Assembly (NCBI RefSeq): GCF_035594765.1
Contig: NW_026943821.1
Location: 18,259,608 to 18,323,607, forward strand
Origin: Anolis carolinensis
Lineage: Eukaryota
Reading direction: 5' to 3'
Length of the DNA stretch: 64,000 nucleotides
A model generated the notes under the pieces. It had not been told where the DNA came from. It was given only the letters and a program-made list of their open reading frames with translations, and did not search any database. Below, piece after piece: positions 36,001 through 55,084 of the stretch. The translations under genes were made by a program, and so were the position numbers. Each line of letters opens with the position of its first letter. Position 1 is the first letter of the stretch.

Positions 36001-39000
36001 GCTGCAATGACTGGGATACAAGGTAGGCCACTCTGTGATCCTTTGTCTGTCATCTTTATCCCGGCTGCCCCCAACCTGCCTCTGCTTTGATTGCGCTGCA
36101 GTGAGAAGTGCCGTGTCCCCGCCTGGTGCGACCGGATCCTCTTCAAAGGGAGGAGTGTTTCCCAGCTGAGCTACCGAAGCCACCCAGCCCTGAAGATCAG
36201 TGACCACAAGCCTGTCAGTGCCTGCTTTGATGTTGGGGTAGGGACCTTTTTCCTTCACAAGGCTGGAGGGGACAGGAGGATGGGCAACTCCCATCTCATG
36301 CAATGCCTCTCCATGCCCTCCTAATAGAAAAGGCCCTAAATGCTGGGGAGTGGGGAGGATGGCCTGGATCCACCAGGTTGGTGGGAGGTCCTCAGCCTCC
36401 CCTGCCACCTGTCAATGTTCCCCCTCCCATTTCAGCAGAGGAGCCTCTCTTAGTGACATGGCTTTCTCCCTCCAGGTGAAGGTGGTGGACGAGGAGCTGT
36501 ATCGCCAAGTTTTTGAGGACATTGTGCGCTCCTTGGACAAAATGGAGAATGACAGCATCCCCTCTGTCACTCTCTCCAAGAGGGAGGTGAGGAGCAGCAG
36601 CAGTAGCAATGGTGGGAAGGGTCTTCTCCTTGAAGACACTAATGTCCTGAGGGATCCAGGGTGGGGTCCGTGTCATTCATGAGGGATGATTCACACAGCA
36701 GACCTCCTCTCCAAGAACCCAAGTCTTTCTTAGAAGGCAGGAGGGCTCTGGTTCTTGACCGGCAAAGCCTGCTGCCGCCTTGCTATTTGCTAGCCTAAAG
36801 GTGGGGATGAAATGGGTGCCTGGTATTTGATGGGAAGCAAAGATGAAGAAAATGGACCCCTGGCTTCCTGTCCTTCCACCCTTCTCCCTTTCCCCAACCA
36901 AACACCCCCAGTTCTTTTTCAGGGACGTGAAGTACATGCAGCTCCAGGTGGAGACCTTCTCCATCCGCAATGGGCCCGTTCCCTGTCAGTTTGCATTCAT
37001 CAACAAGCCAGATGAAGAGAGCTATTGCAAGCAATGGCTGACAGCAAACCCCAGCAAGGGCTTCCTCTTGCCAGGTGATTTGCCCGTGGGACATTCGTGC
37101 ATGCAGCCACCCACCCCTGCCCCAGTTTGCTGGAGGGGCTTGTGGCCGAGCTAGTAATACTTGGCCCAGGATGAGACCCTCAGCTTGGGGGTCTGCATCT
37201 TTGTACAAAGCTCTCTCTGCCTCCACCCCATCCATCCATTACAGAGTTGGTCATTGACATCCAACTCTGAGGCCCACTTCAATTGCCATTTGCACTTTAG
37301 CCAGTTGTCACCACAGTGCCTGTTTGTCTGTCTTCTTCCTGCAAAGACTCTGAGGTGATGGTTGAGCTGGAGCTCTTTGTGAATAAATCAACAGCCCCGG
37401 CCTTGAACTCCGGGGAGGATCGGCTGGAAGATATCTTGGTGCTTCATCTTGATCGGGGCAAGGATTACTTCCTGTCTGTTTTGGGGAACTACTTGCCCAG
37501 CTGCTTTGGCACCTCACTGCATGCACTCACCTTCATGAGAGAGCCCATCCAAGAGATGTCACCAGACACCATCCGGGAACTGGTGAGTGCTTCCCAATAG
37601 ACGGGCTCCATGTTAGCCTGCTTTATGCTAAGCTGTGTTCCACCTTGAGTGTGGTGTCGTTTTTTTTATTCAGAGCCTGCGGCCACTGAAATCTACAGAC
37701 AGTGAGACCTTTTGGGATGAGAAGCCCTTGGACATCCCCAAGGAGCTGTGGATGATGGTGGACCACCTCTACCGCCACGCCTCCCAACAGGTCTGAACCA
37801 GGCTCTCTCACTCAGGAGCCTGTCCTCTTATTGGGCGAAAGGCACCCTTTCCATCAGGCTTGGACTTTAGTAATTTATCTCTTGGAATTTTAAAGGTACC
37901 TTTAGCACAAAGTCTACAAAGGCTATAAGCAACATGATTTATAACCCTAATGAAGTAAAAGGCTGAATTTAGCTATGAAGTTGATGGGGATGAAATAGAC
38001 ATGAGTCAGGAGAGTCTTTTGTGGAGCTTCTGTTTTCAGCCGTAAGGCTTTGTCTGTGCTTTGCCACTGCAAAGAGAGTACAAGGGATACATGGGGAAGC
38101 AGCAGAAGATGGCTGAGTTGCATTTCTGAATAGGAATGAGGATACATGTTTCCAGCAGACCTTTTCCTTGCTCCTTCTCACAGTTCTGTGCTGCAATGCC
38201 TCTCTCTTTCTTTACAGGAAGACCTGTTCCAGCAGCCGGGTCTGCGGTCTGAATTTGAACAAATCCGCGATTGCCTGGACACTGGATTGATAGACATGCT
38301 GGGTATCCTTTGTGGGCAGTGCCAGAAGCATTGCATGGCCTCTCTGGGGCCCAAAAGCTGCCTTGTGCTTGGGGAGGTAGGACACCCAATGTTGTGTTTA
38401 CAAAAAGACAACTTCTTTGAATGACGAGACACTGCTATTTTATAACTTTGATGTAGAGGAGGCTAAAGGCTCTCAGGTCTTGACTGTCAAGGAGCAGTCA
38501 AAGATGCTGAGCCTATTTTGGGATATGGAGAGTCTCCTTTAATGTCTGGATTAGAACCTGGTGTAGATTTATTGCCCCAGCGTATGGACCTCCAGCACTG
38601 ATCCCTTTTCATGGATCCAGACCAGGATTTATGCCAGCTGGTCCTCTCAAAACGAATGTCTTCTTCCCCTCTGACCTCCACAGATGCCCGATTCCCATAG
38701 TTCAAAATTGTCCATTAATGCTTTTCAGTTTCTCTCAGTACGCTAGATTGTAGTGCTCTGTTCCAGAGAAAAGGAAAAATATCCCAGTTTGGTTGTTATG
38801 GGGACTGTCCCAAGAGCCCACCCTTTGAGCCATGCTTTCCGTCTGGGCCCTCCTCGCCTTTTCCTTAATCTTTGTCTTCCAGTGGGCAGCAACCATTCTG
38901 TGGCTGAAGCGCTGCTCCTCTTCCTGGAGAGCCTCCCTGAGCCGGTCATCTGCTCCAACCTCTACGACAACTGCCTGGAGTGTGCTGACAGCTACATCCT

Positions 39001-39492
39001 GAGCACGCAGGTGAGGCAGATGGCCCTGGGGGTGGGGTCAAGCCTGGGTCACAGAGTGCATGGCCACCTCAGTACACAATGGCTCCCTGCCCTTTCCTCT
39101 TCCTCTCAGGTGGTGTCCACTCTGCCCAGGTGCCACAGGAATGTCTTCAGTTACCTGATGGCTTTCCTACGGGAGCTGCTCCGACATTCTGCAAAAAACC
39201 ACTTGGACGTGAATATTCTGGGTAAAGGAACAAAAGTGTTTGGTCACTCAGTGCTGGGCCATGGCTCTGGATGAGGGAGACCCCACTCAGGATGATCTCC
39301 CTGTATGGCTTTTGGGTTTCTGTTGACTGTTGTCCTTCCTTCCTTCCTCCCCTTCCTTGCCTTGCAGCCAGCCTCTTTGGGGGCCTCCTGCTGCGCCCCC
39401 CTCCTGGGCACCCCAAGCCCGGCATTGCAGAGAAGCGTCAGGCCCAGCAGTTCATCCGGCAGTTTCTCCTGCGGGAAGGAGTTACCCTGTGA
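28477..39492 (+). CDS. INPP5B: Type II inositol polyphosphate 5-phosphatase (PH, 5-phosphatase, ASH, RhoGAP-like), >=22 coding exons, ~881 aa
   Basis: Exons 28477-28533, 28639-28709, 30735-30832, 31337-31366, 32087-32227, 32328-32448, 33388-33558, 33653-33754, 33870-33984, 34137-34253, 34626-34813, 34922-35033, 35913-36022, 36102-36237, 36476-36586, 36912-37074, 37347-37582, 37674-37790, 38218-38302, 38883-39010, 39110-39221, 39368-39492; 2646 nt. Motifs [40 protein letters not shown]; N-terminal MDQS start. N-terminal exons are more divergent. Confidence 0.93.
28534..28638 (+). other. U12-type intron 1 of INPP5B with apparent GT-GG ends
   Basis: Donor GTATCCTTG, branch TTCCTTGAC at 28616-28624, no AG nearby; the reading frame resumes at 28639. 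Confidence 0.65.
31525..31757 (+). mobile_element. SINE family C with L2-like tail; other copies ~21899-22129(-) and 24094-24322(-)
   Basis: Head gcccgggctgtggc...gagttcgaagcc; tail gccctgagtcccc...gcggaatataaat(AAAT)n. Isolated tails of this type also occur at ~12935, 28015, 29300, 33020, 40400, 42830, 48130, 54625. Confidence 0.75.
32950..33010. repeat. (TAA)n microsatellite; another at 40347-40396
   Basis: Perfect trinucleotide runs next to minus-strand L2-like tails. Confidence 0.95.
38303..38882 (+). other. U12-type GT-AG intron of INPP5B
   Basis: Donor GTATCCTTT, branch TTCCTTAAT at 38861-38869, AG at 38881-38882. Confidence 0.9.
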
Positions 39493-40342
39493 AGTCAGCG
39501 ACAGTATTTTGTAATTTTATATGCAGAATTTTGTATTTTCAGAGTATTAGCTCTGCCAGTATTATAACACAGAGGCAAGCACAAGGCTGCCTTAGTTCCA
39601 AGATGTGGCTTGAGAGAGAAAGAACTAGTAGCTGTGACACAATAGCCGCATTGCGACATTTGAAAGGCACATTACGTTTCCTAGGGAGCTTTTGTATTAA
39701 ACTGATCTATGCAGTCTGTGAACAGTGTACCCTTCAATTTCTATGTCCATCACAGAGCCAGCTGTCAAAGTTTATCTGGACATATCTGGGCCACCGATGG
39801 GCCCCAGAGAGGGCCACTCCAGCTGCCTTGGGCTAATATTGATGCCCTTTCCCTTCCGGGCCATGGGGCTCTTCTAGAGGAGCCAGCAATCACAGAGCTG
39901 AGAGCCCGGTTTAAATATTTGAAAGGAAGTCCCATTGAGAAGGGGACAGGCTTGTTTTTCTGCTGTTCTGGAGACCGAGACACAACGGAGCCATGGAGTC
40001 AACCTGCAGGGAAAAAGATTCCACCTGAACATAGAATCATAAAGTTGGAAGAGACTCCATAGGCCATCTAGTTCAACCCACTGCCATGCAGGAAAAGCGC
40101 AATTAAAGCACCCCTGACAAATGTCCACCCAGTCTCTGTTTAAAAGTTTCCCAAGGAAGGAGCTTCCACCAGACTCCGAGGCAGAGTTCCATTGCTAAAC
40201 AACTCTTCTTACAATCAGGAAGTTCTTGCTAATATTCAGGTGGAATCTCCTTTTCTGTAATTTGAACCCATTACTCCCAAGTCCTAGTTTCAAGGGCTGC
40301 AGAAAACAAGCCTGCGCCCTATTCCTTATGACATCCTTTCAC

Positions 40343-40397
<55 letters not shown>

Positions 40398-42094
40398 TTT
40401 ATTTTTATACCCCGCCCCATCTCCCCGAAGGGACTCGGAGCGGCTTACATGGGGCCTTGCCCGATAAACAATCAAATATCAAAACACAGCAATAAAACAG
40501 TTATCCAATAAAAACATCAATTACAGTAAAAACAATAGTTAAAATCAACATAAAACATACAATATTAACACTGGAGACTAATTCATAGAACCCAGGCAAA
40601 GTGCAACATGTGCCGAAATGGGCCGAAACGGGGAAGGTAATTTCACAGTTGAAATGGACAAAGTGTAATATAGCATTGGCAACACCTCGAGAATGGGGCT
40701 ATTATAAAATGGGCAGATAGATCAGTGAAGAACCCTGTAATGGAAAGTTCTCCCCAATCAGGAGTGGCCAATTGTGGACCTCCACTTGTCAATGGGGTGG
40801 AGGGAAGAATATCAGCTAGAGTTGATAGGAGTTGCAGGCTTAATTTATATAGGGAAAATACCTCTCTGATCCCTGATTCCATAAGAAATCTTCAGAGCTC
40901 TCTCCTCTCAACTTTCTCTTCTGCAGGCTAAACATACCCAGCTCTTTAAGATGCTCCTCATAGGGCATGGTCTCCTCTGGACACTTTCCAGCTTGTTAAT
41001 ACAGTAGAGTCTCACTCATCCAACATTCACGATTATCCAACGCAGTCTACCTTTTAGTAGTCAATATTTCTGTAGTCAATGTTTTCAATACATTGTGATA
41101 TTTTGGTGCTAAATTCATAAATACATTAATAACTACATGATGTTTTGGTGCTTGTGGTAATTTGTAAAATCATAACATAACTTGATATTTAATAGGCTTT
41201 TCCTTAATCCCTCCTTATTATTCAACATATTCACTTATCCAACGTTCTGCTGGCCCATTTATGTTAGATAAGTGAGACTCTACTGTACCTCTTTTAAACG
41301 GTGGTGCCCAGAATTGTGCATCTGAGCATAATCCCACAATTTATCCTTCCAATTTTTAATACTTTTTATTTTTAATACTTTCCAGTCACTGACAATCATT
41401 ATGCGTGCAGCTGCAAAACTATACAGGCAAATATCTCTTTCCAGCTGCACTAGTTCATCACTGAATAACCATGTTGACGTTTAGTGATCACGTTTAGTGA
41501 TTTCTTTCTAAGTGATTGCAGACTGACTCCTTAATAATCTGCTCCAGAATCTTTCCAGGTATTGATGCCTGGCTGACTGGATGGTAATTGTTTGGGTCCT
41601 CTTTTTTCCCCCCCTTCTTGAAGATTGGGACAACATTTGCCCTCCTCTGGAAATTCTCAAAGACAGCTTTCTGTTAAATATCTCTCTCCTGGAAGTCCAA
41701 TGGAGTCAGTCCCCTACCTTCTGTAGAGGCTTTCAAGAAGAAACTTGATGGCCATCTGTCAGGAGGGTTTTGATGGTGTCCTCCTGCCTGGCTGAAAGAA
41801 CCCCAAATTGGATGGCGTTTGGAATTCAGTTCCAAGTCTAGTTGAGAGTCTACTTCTTTACAGCAGGCCTGGGCCTACTTGGGCCCTCGAGGTGCTTTGG
41901 ACTTCAACTCCCATCATTCCTCACAGCCTCAGGCCCTTTCCTTTTCCCCCTCAGCCGCTTAAGCGGCTGAGGGGGAAAAGGAAGGGGCCTGAGGCTGTGA
42001 GGAATGATGGGAGTTGAAGTCCAAAACAACTGGAGAGAAGGCCCAAGTTGGCCCAGGCCTGCTTTAGAAGCTCCGTGGTTTTGGCCTTCAGAGA

Positions 42095-42329
42095 GCGAGC
42101 GGAAGTTCCTTTCGGGGGCGGGGCCTCAGCGGAATGTCAATCTTCCCAGGAGAGGCGTGCCCGGAAGCGGCTCCCTCCCGGCGTGCGCTGCGCGGGGCGG
42201 AAGCGGAAGCGGAAGCGCGGCCGCTCGTACGACGAGGGAAGGGGCGACTCGAGCGGGGCGCCATGGAGGCCGGGCACCGGAGGGCGCTGCTCATGCCGCG
42301 GATGCTGCTTCTCCTCTTCCCGGGAGCCG
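42095..42329 (+). promoter_or_regulatory. MTF1 CpG-island promoter and probable first (leader) exon
   Basis: Tandem CGGAAG ETS/GABP-like motifs and GC boxes; donor ccg|GTGACT at 42330; next acceptor ends at 43582. Confidence 0.7.
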
Positions 42330-43620
42330 GTGACTGATTTTTCCTGTGCCTCCCATTCAACCCTCTCCCCTTTATCTTCGAGTGTAGCGACCATTCAGAT
42401 TTCAGCTGGCCATCTGTCGGGAGGGTTTGGGTGGTGGCTTCCTTTATGACTGGGTGGCCCTTGGGTCTCTTCTAACTTCATTATAGAATCATAGAGTTGG
42501 AAGAGACCTCCTGGACCATCCAGTCGAACCCCATTTTTCCAAGAAGCAGGAAAATCGCATTTAAAGCACCCCGACAGATGGCCATCCAGCCTCTGCTTAA
42601 AAGTTTCCAAGGAAGGAGCCTCTACAACATTCTACTGCTGAATTCCCGACAGATGGCCATCCAGCCTCTGCATAAAAGTTTCCAAGGAAGGAACCTCCAC
42701 ATTCTGGGGGCAGAGAGTTCCACTGCTGAACAGCTCTCACCGTTAGGAAGTTCTTCCTCATGTTCAGGTGGAATCTCCTTTGTTCCATGTTCTAGTCTCT
42801 AGGGCAGAACGGAATTGTTTCCTACTTGTAAGCCGCTCTGAGTTGCCTTCGGGGTGAGAAGGGCGGGATATAAATGCAGTAAATAAATAAATTGTTACAT
42901 AGTCATATAGGCTGCTTGGGGGTTCAGTGGAGCTTCTTTCCATCTCTGGAGGTTTTCAACAGAGGCTGGATGGCGATCTGTCTGGGGAGCTTGGATGGTG
43001 TCTTCTTTTATGGCCGACAAGTTTGTTAGAGTTTGTTACAGTAGAGTCTCACTTATCTGACATAAACGGGCCAGCCGAACGTTGGATAAGCGGATATGTT
43101 GGATAATGAGGGATCAAGGAAAAGCCTATTAAATATCAAAGTACATTATGATTTTACAAATTAAGCACCATAACATCATGTTTAACAACAAATTTGATAA
43201 AAAGTAGTTCAATACGCAGTAATGCTACGTAGTAATTACTGTATTTACAAATTTAGCACCAAAACATCACAATGTATTGAAAAGATTGACTACAAAACAT
43301 TGACTACTAAAAGGCAGACTGCGTTGGATAACCCAGAATGTTGGATAAGCGAATGTCGGATAAGTGAGACTCTATTTACAAAGTGTCTGTAAAAGATTTA
43401 GAGCAGACATGATCAAACTTTGGCTTTACAAGTGTTTTGGACTTAAAGTTCAAGAGCCACCCAAATGTAGACGTGCCACTGTTTAATATCAGGATAATAT
43501 CAGGAGTGCAGAGGGTCTGTTGAGAAGCAATTCTCCTTTTGCGGGACTCTCCTCACTGTGTTCCTGCCTCATCCCCCTGTAGATGCGCCGCCCGTGAGCC
43601 TCGCTGAGCGCCGCTGAGCC

Positions 43621-49826
<6,206 letters not shown>

Positions 49827-52800
49827 GGAGGCCCTTCCAGACTCAGGAAGGCGGAAGGAGCAGGTTGAGCGAGAGGCCTGGATCTTTCCCAGGCGGAGAA
49901 GAAGGAAAAGGCCACGGCCAAAGGAAAGAGGCCCAGCTGGACTCTTCGGTCATTTTGGCCCTTTACAGTGCCTCTGGGCATGGAACCGGTCACTTTGAGA
50001 GGGGGATGTTGTGGGATGTCTTCCCTTGAGTTGCTCCTTGCTGCTGCAGAGGGGGTGCTGACTTTGGGGAGGATATGCAAGGATCTTCTTACAGCTCCTG
50101 GACGTCTCTTCACAGTCAGTGTGCGCTAGAAAAGGTGAAGGGGAAGGGTATGTGGGGACCCTCATGGGAGGGGCATCTGCACTTTGTGGGGTGGTTGGTG
50201 TTGGTGGTGTCCCAGCTTCAGCGGCAGGGAGAGGGGCAGCGGCAGCCCCGTGGGCATCTCTCTCTCCAGGGCTCCTCCACTGGCTCGCTCTCAGGAGGCT
50301 GTTTGGCCAGCCTGGTGCCTCCTCTTTTTTGCACATAGGCCCACAGCTTGGTTCAATGTTGCTGCTGGGTATCCTCTGCTTGGTAGGTCTCTGGCCGAGA
50401 GGCAGGGCCCTGCTGCCTCTTCAGAGCGGCCACCTGGGTGTTTACGTGAATAGCCCAGGGCCTCAGAGGGTTTGCACTGCCACAGCTTTGTTAGAACTGC
50501 TCACCCAGTGCAGTGGGCAGCGGCACAGAAGAAGGGAGGCTCCTGTACAAGCTTGGCAGGAGTTTGCTCTCAGCGGGCGGAGGTCCCTATGGCATGCTAG
50601 TCCTGATCAAGGGGAGCTGGTCTTGCCATGGGGAACAGTTTGCCTAGTGAAGGTGTGGCAGTTCCCTTGGGCCTGTGATGCCCTTGCTTCATCTCTGAGC
50701 GAGAGTCTCCCCTTCCCTTTGCACCGTGCAGATGGATGCTCGCCAGACTGTCTTGTGGCCCTTCCCAGGGCCCTTTCTGATCCTGCTGAGCACTGGCCTC
50801 TGCATTCAGGTTGATGAATTCAAGAGCGCATTTTTTAATCTTCTAACTTTACTCAGGGTAAACTCCTAACATAGCCTCCCCTTGCCCCACCCAGAAGCCT
50901 GTAAGGTCTTGAGAAGTCTTTTAAAAATGCTTTATTTATCTGCCATTTTCTTAGTTGTTGTTTGAAGAAGTTTGATGCCATTGCTCCTGTTACTCCTTAT
51001 GTGATTAGGCAGCTGCCCCTTTGATGTTCTGAGAAGAGAGCCTTCCCCGACAGTGCGGTCAGGGTCTTGCCAAGCAGCTGCAACCAAGAAGAGTCCTGCT
51101 GGATGGTGTGAGGCATTGGTTGGCACAGCGGGGGCCTTGCTGAGTATGTGTGCGTGTTTGTTGGCTGTCTTGCTGTCCTTTGGCCTTTTTGTCTCCCAGG
51201 CCTTGGTACTTCCCTTCCTGGTGTGTGCCGATGCTTAGTCCTCCCTAGAGGCTTCCTAGCAGACAGAAGGTGATTTCCCTTGGCCTTCCTTTGTGCTCAT
51301 GAGACAAACATTGCCTGAGATCGGTCTTGGTTTGGCATGAAAGCCCCGTGTTGGGCCAGTGGCCTTGGAGTGGATGCTGAAGGCCTTGCTTGGGGTGTGG
51401 AGGAGGCGTTATCACTTTCCTCTGATGCAATGAGGCTCCCTCCCACCTTTATGTTAGGGTTCAAGGAGCGCTGTCTCAGTTGTGTTGAGAAACCAGGGCC
51501 TGGATAGCCCTGTTGGGAGGGTTTGGAGAGACTTCTACTCGGCCCAGATTTGAGGAGGAAGAGAATACCTGGAGTCTGTTGCATTGGGTGGAAGCTGCTG
51601 CTGGAAACTAGCGAAGGGAAGTAGTTTTTTTGCTGTTCCTTCGACACTAACTGGGCTCTGAAATGCACTTTAGTTCTCTTTTTGATTGCTGCAATTTCCT
51701 TTGTAAATAACTGTGCAGAGTTCTTAGGGTGGTTTCCCCATTGCTCTGATAGAAGTTAAGGCGGGTGTGCAAGGAAAGAAGAGAAAAGGAAAAAGAGCAC
51801 TTAATCTCTGTGCAATATGTGTAGCTAGAAGGGGCGCCCCTGTTCACCTGTCTCTCTGTGTGCCGGGGAGCCCTGGAATAATTTGGGTGGGAGCCCTGGC
51901 CTCCTCCGCTGCTCCCCTCTGACTTATGCATTGTGAAGCCAACGCCCTGTCTATGCAAAACCCCTGTGAGGAGCAAAACTGAATGGGTCCAGCTGCTCTT
52001 TCTAAGGCAGGAGAGGTCTCTGCTCAGGCCCAGAAGCAACACACGGCAGATGCCTGGGAGCAGGAACAGTGATGCGGATATAGTATGAATTAAGGTGTGA
52101 GGGTTTTTTTTTTTAAGTAAGGGTGTTATTTCTCAACCATTTCCTTTGAAATCATATTGGCACACTTGCTTTCGTTTCCCTTTCACCTCCCCCTTTGATA
52201 TGGGTCACGGCTGTGTTGGGGCTTGAGCTCTGGCTCTGCACTGAGAAAAGCCAAGGAAACTGGATATATGTTTGCCCTGTGTGTCTGGGTGTGTTTGTGG
52301 GAATGGTGTCTCACCCACAGAGTGTTTTCAGTCATGCGCACGCTGGCCAGAACTGGCTTCTATGCAGTGGACATTCACTCTAGCAAAGGCCGTTCATACG
52401 TAGCAACACATGCGTGTTTGGGCCTTGTGTTCTTCTCAGTGAAGAGTGCGTTGTTCATGGAAAGAGGCTCCTCCACTGTCTCTTTTTGAGGGCTTCATGT
52501 GGGGGGACGTCAAGAGGGGCTGCCCTTCACTTTAGCAGTTATGTGGGGTATGAAGGCTCTGCCATGTCTTGGAGGAGAGATTTCTCAACCTTTCCTATGT
52601 GGAAGCAAAATGGGAAAAGGGCATTTGGCAGGTGCCCCCGATAGAGTGGGGCAATTTCACTAGTGTTTAAGACCCCACAGGTGAGATTGGAGGTTGGGCC
52701 GGAGAAGGAGAAATGGGCAGGTGGGGGGGCCAAACGCTCCTCCCCTCAGCACCACCTTCCACATGAGACGTGTGGTTCCATCCCAGCGTGGGGCAGTGTA

Positions 52801-53200
52801 GGCTCCCAAAGGTGCTCAGAGACCTTTTGCAAAGTGCCTTTCGGGACCCCCGCATCCCATCACTAGGGGAGAGGGGTGTTGCGGGTGGTGCCCCCCACTT
52901 GCCCCCCTCCCTCCTTTCCGAAGGGCCAAGAGGAGACAATGAAGAGGCGAAACTGCCAGTTTCTCTCAGGAGTTGTGTGTGTCGCATTGAAGCGTGTGCT
53001 AATTTAACCGAAACATGGGAACAAATGTCCTTGCATTGAGCGAGATATGTGAAGATGTGAGTTACAGGTACCGTACTTCCAAAGGAAGAGCTTCTCCAAA
53101 CCCCTTAGAGCATAATACACACATGGATTTGTATTTTTTTGAAGAATGTAAAATGTGAAATAACAGTGTTTGCTTAACGGCTCCGTTTTGTATTAAAAGA
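49827..53200 (+). other. Probable long MTF1 3'UTR
   Basis: ~3.4 kb with no recognisable transposons, ending in AT-rich sequence with ATTAAA at 53192-53197. Confidence 0.5.
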
Positions 53201-54391
53201 TTAATATTGTACTTTGAGATATACATACCAGGAAGTGGGAATTGATTTTTTTAAAATCAGAAGCAATATTAATACCAATGGGATCTAATTAAACGCTTGT
53301 TTAAACTCGGTGCCTTGGGAGGAATTATTTCTAATGGGGATGGCCCAGCAGACAGTTGGGATGGTGCTTTTCAATTGCAGGCAGGGAAAGAAACGGGCTT
53401 GATTCTCATTGCATGACGTCCCTCTTAGTATTGACTGAACTATAGGGATGACGTCCCTTAATGTTAAACTAATGGCACAGTGTGCCTCTTAACTGGATCT
53501 TCGCTGCCATATAAAAAAGGTACAAGGTTTCCCCTTGACATTAGATCTAGTTGTGTCTGATTCAGGCGGGTAGTGCTTATTTCCATTCCTAAGCCAAAGA
53601 GCTGGCGTTGTCCATAGACACCTCCAAGGTCATGTAGCCAGCATGACTGCATGGAGTGGCTTTACCTTACCATCGGAGCTGTACTTAATGATTTATTTAT
53701 AAACGGGTCGGCAGAATGTTGGATAAGCGAATATGTTGGATAATAAGGAGGGTTTAAGGAAAAGCCTATTAAATGTCAAATTAGGTTATGATTTTACAAA
53801 TTAAGCACCAAAACATCATGTTTAATAACAAATTTGACAGAAAAAGTAGTTCAATAGGCAGTAATACTACGTAGTAATTACTGTATTTACAAATTTGGTA
53901 CCAAAGCATCACAATGTATTGAAAACATTGACTACAAAAACATTGACTACTAAAAGGCAGAATGCATTGGATAATTGGATAATCCAGAATGTTGGATAAG
54001 CAAATGTTGAATAAGTGAGACTACTATATTTCTCCTCCGCTCTTCTCATCCTGAAGGAGACTTAGAGAGCGGCTTACAGTTTGGCCGCTTCAGTGCCACA
54101 TTGCAAATACGCAGCGTATAAAGATAATAAATAGATAATAAACACCTGGAGGGCCGAAGTTTGCCCATGACTGATCTAGACACTAGACTCCTATTGATGC
54201 AGGCCAAAATCTCTCTGGGTTTTTATGCTGCCGCATGACACTGTTGGCTCATGTTCACTTTCCTGTACACTTGAGGACTCCAAGATCTTTTTCACACATC
54301 CTGCTGTTGAGCCAGGCATTGTCCCCATTCTGTATCTTTGTACAGTAGAGTCTCACTTATCCAACATAAACATGCTATGCTAGTTTTTATT

Positions 54392-54431
<40 letters not shown>

Positions 54432-54994
54432 ATAATTTACAATAATATATAATTAAAACATATTGTATATACATATATTATATTTTAATATGATATAATA
54501 ATAATACAATATAATATTTATATATTATATTTTACATGTAATATTATTGATATAGTACAATATAGTAATTTATTGCCAGTATTGTACTATGCTAATAATA
54601 TAATATTGTATGTAAATTTAATTTGTACGCTGCTCTGAGTCCCCTTTGGGGTGAGAAGGGTGGGATATAAATTTAGCAAATAAATAAATAAACTGGCCGG
54701 CAAAATGTTGGATAAAGGAATATGTTGGATAATAAGGAGGATTACGGAAAAGCCTATTAACATCAAATTAGGTTATGAATTTACAAATTAAGCACCAAAA
54801 CATCATGTTTGACAAAATTGACAGAAAAAGCATTTCAGTACACAGCAATGTTATGTAGTAATTACTGTACTTACGAATTCAGCACCAATGTATTGAAAAG
54901 ATTGACTACAAAAACACTGACTACTAAAAGGCCGACTGCGTTAGATAATCCAGAACGTTGGATAAGCGAATGTTGGATAAGTGAGACTACTGTA

Positions 54995-55084
54995 TTTCGT
55001 TTCACTTCCTGGTCTGTCAGCATGGGGCGGAAGTGACGACACCCGGGTCGAAGTGACGTCGCCCGAGGCGGAAGCGGCTTCCTC
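54995..55084 (+). promoter_or_regulatory. Compact YRDC promoter with ETS-CRE composite motifs
   Basis: CACTTCCTG, GGGGCGGAAGTGACG, GAAGTGACGTC and GCGGAAGC directly upstream of ATG 55085. Confidence 0.65.

Noticed and set aside
42170-42200. Possible autoregulatory metal response element in the MTF1 promoter
   Set aside because: TGCGCTG and TGCGCGG do not fit the TGCRCNC core.
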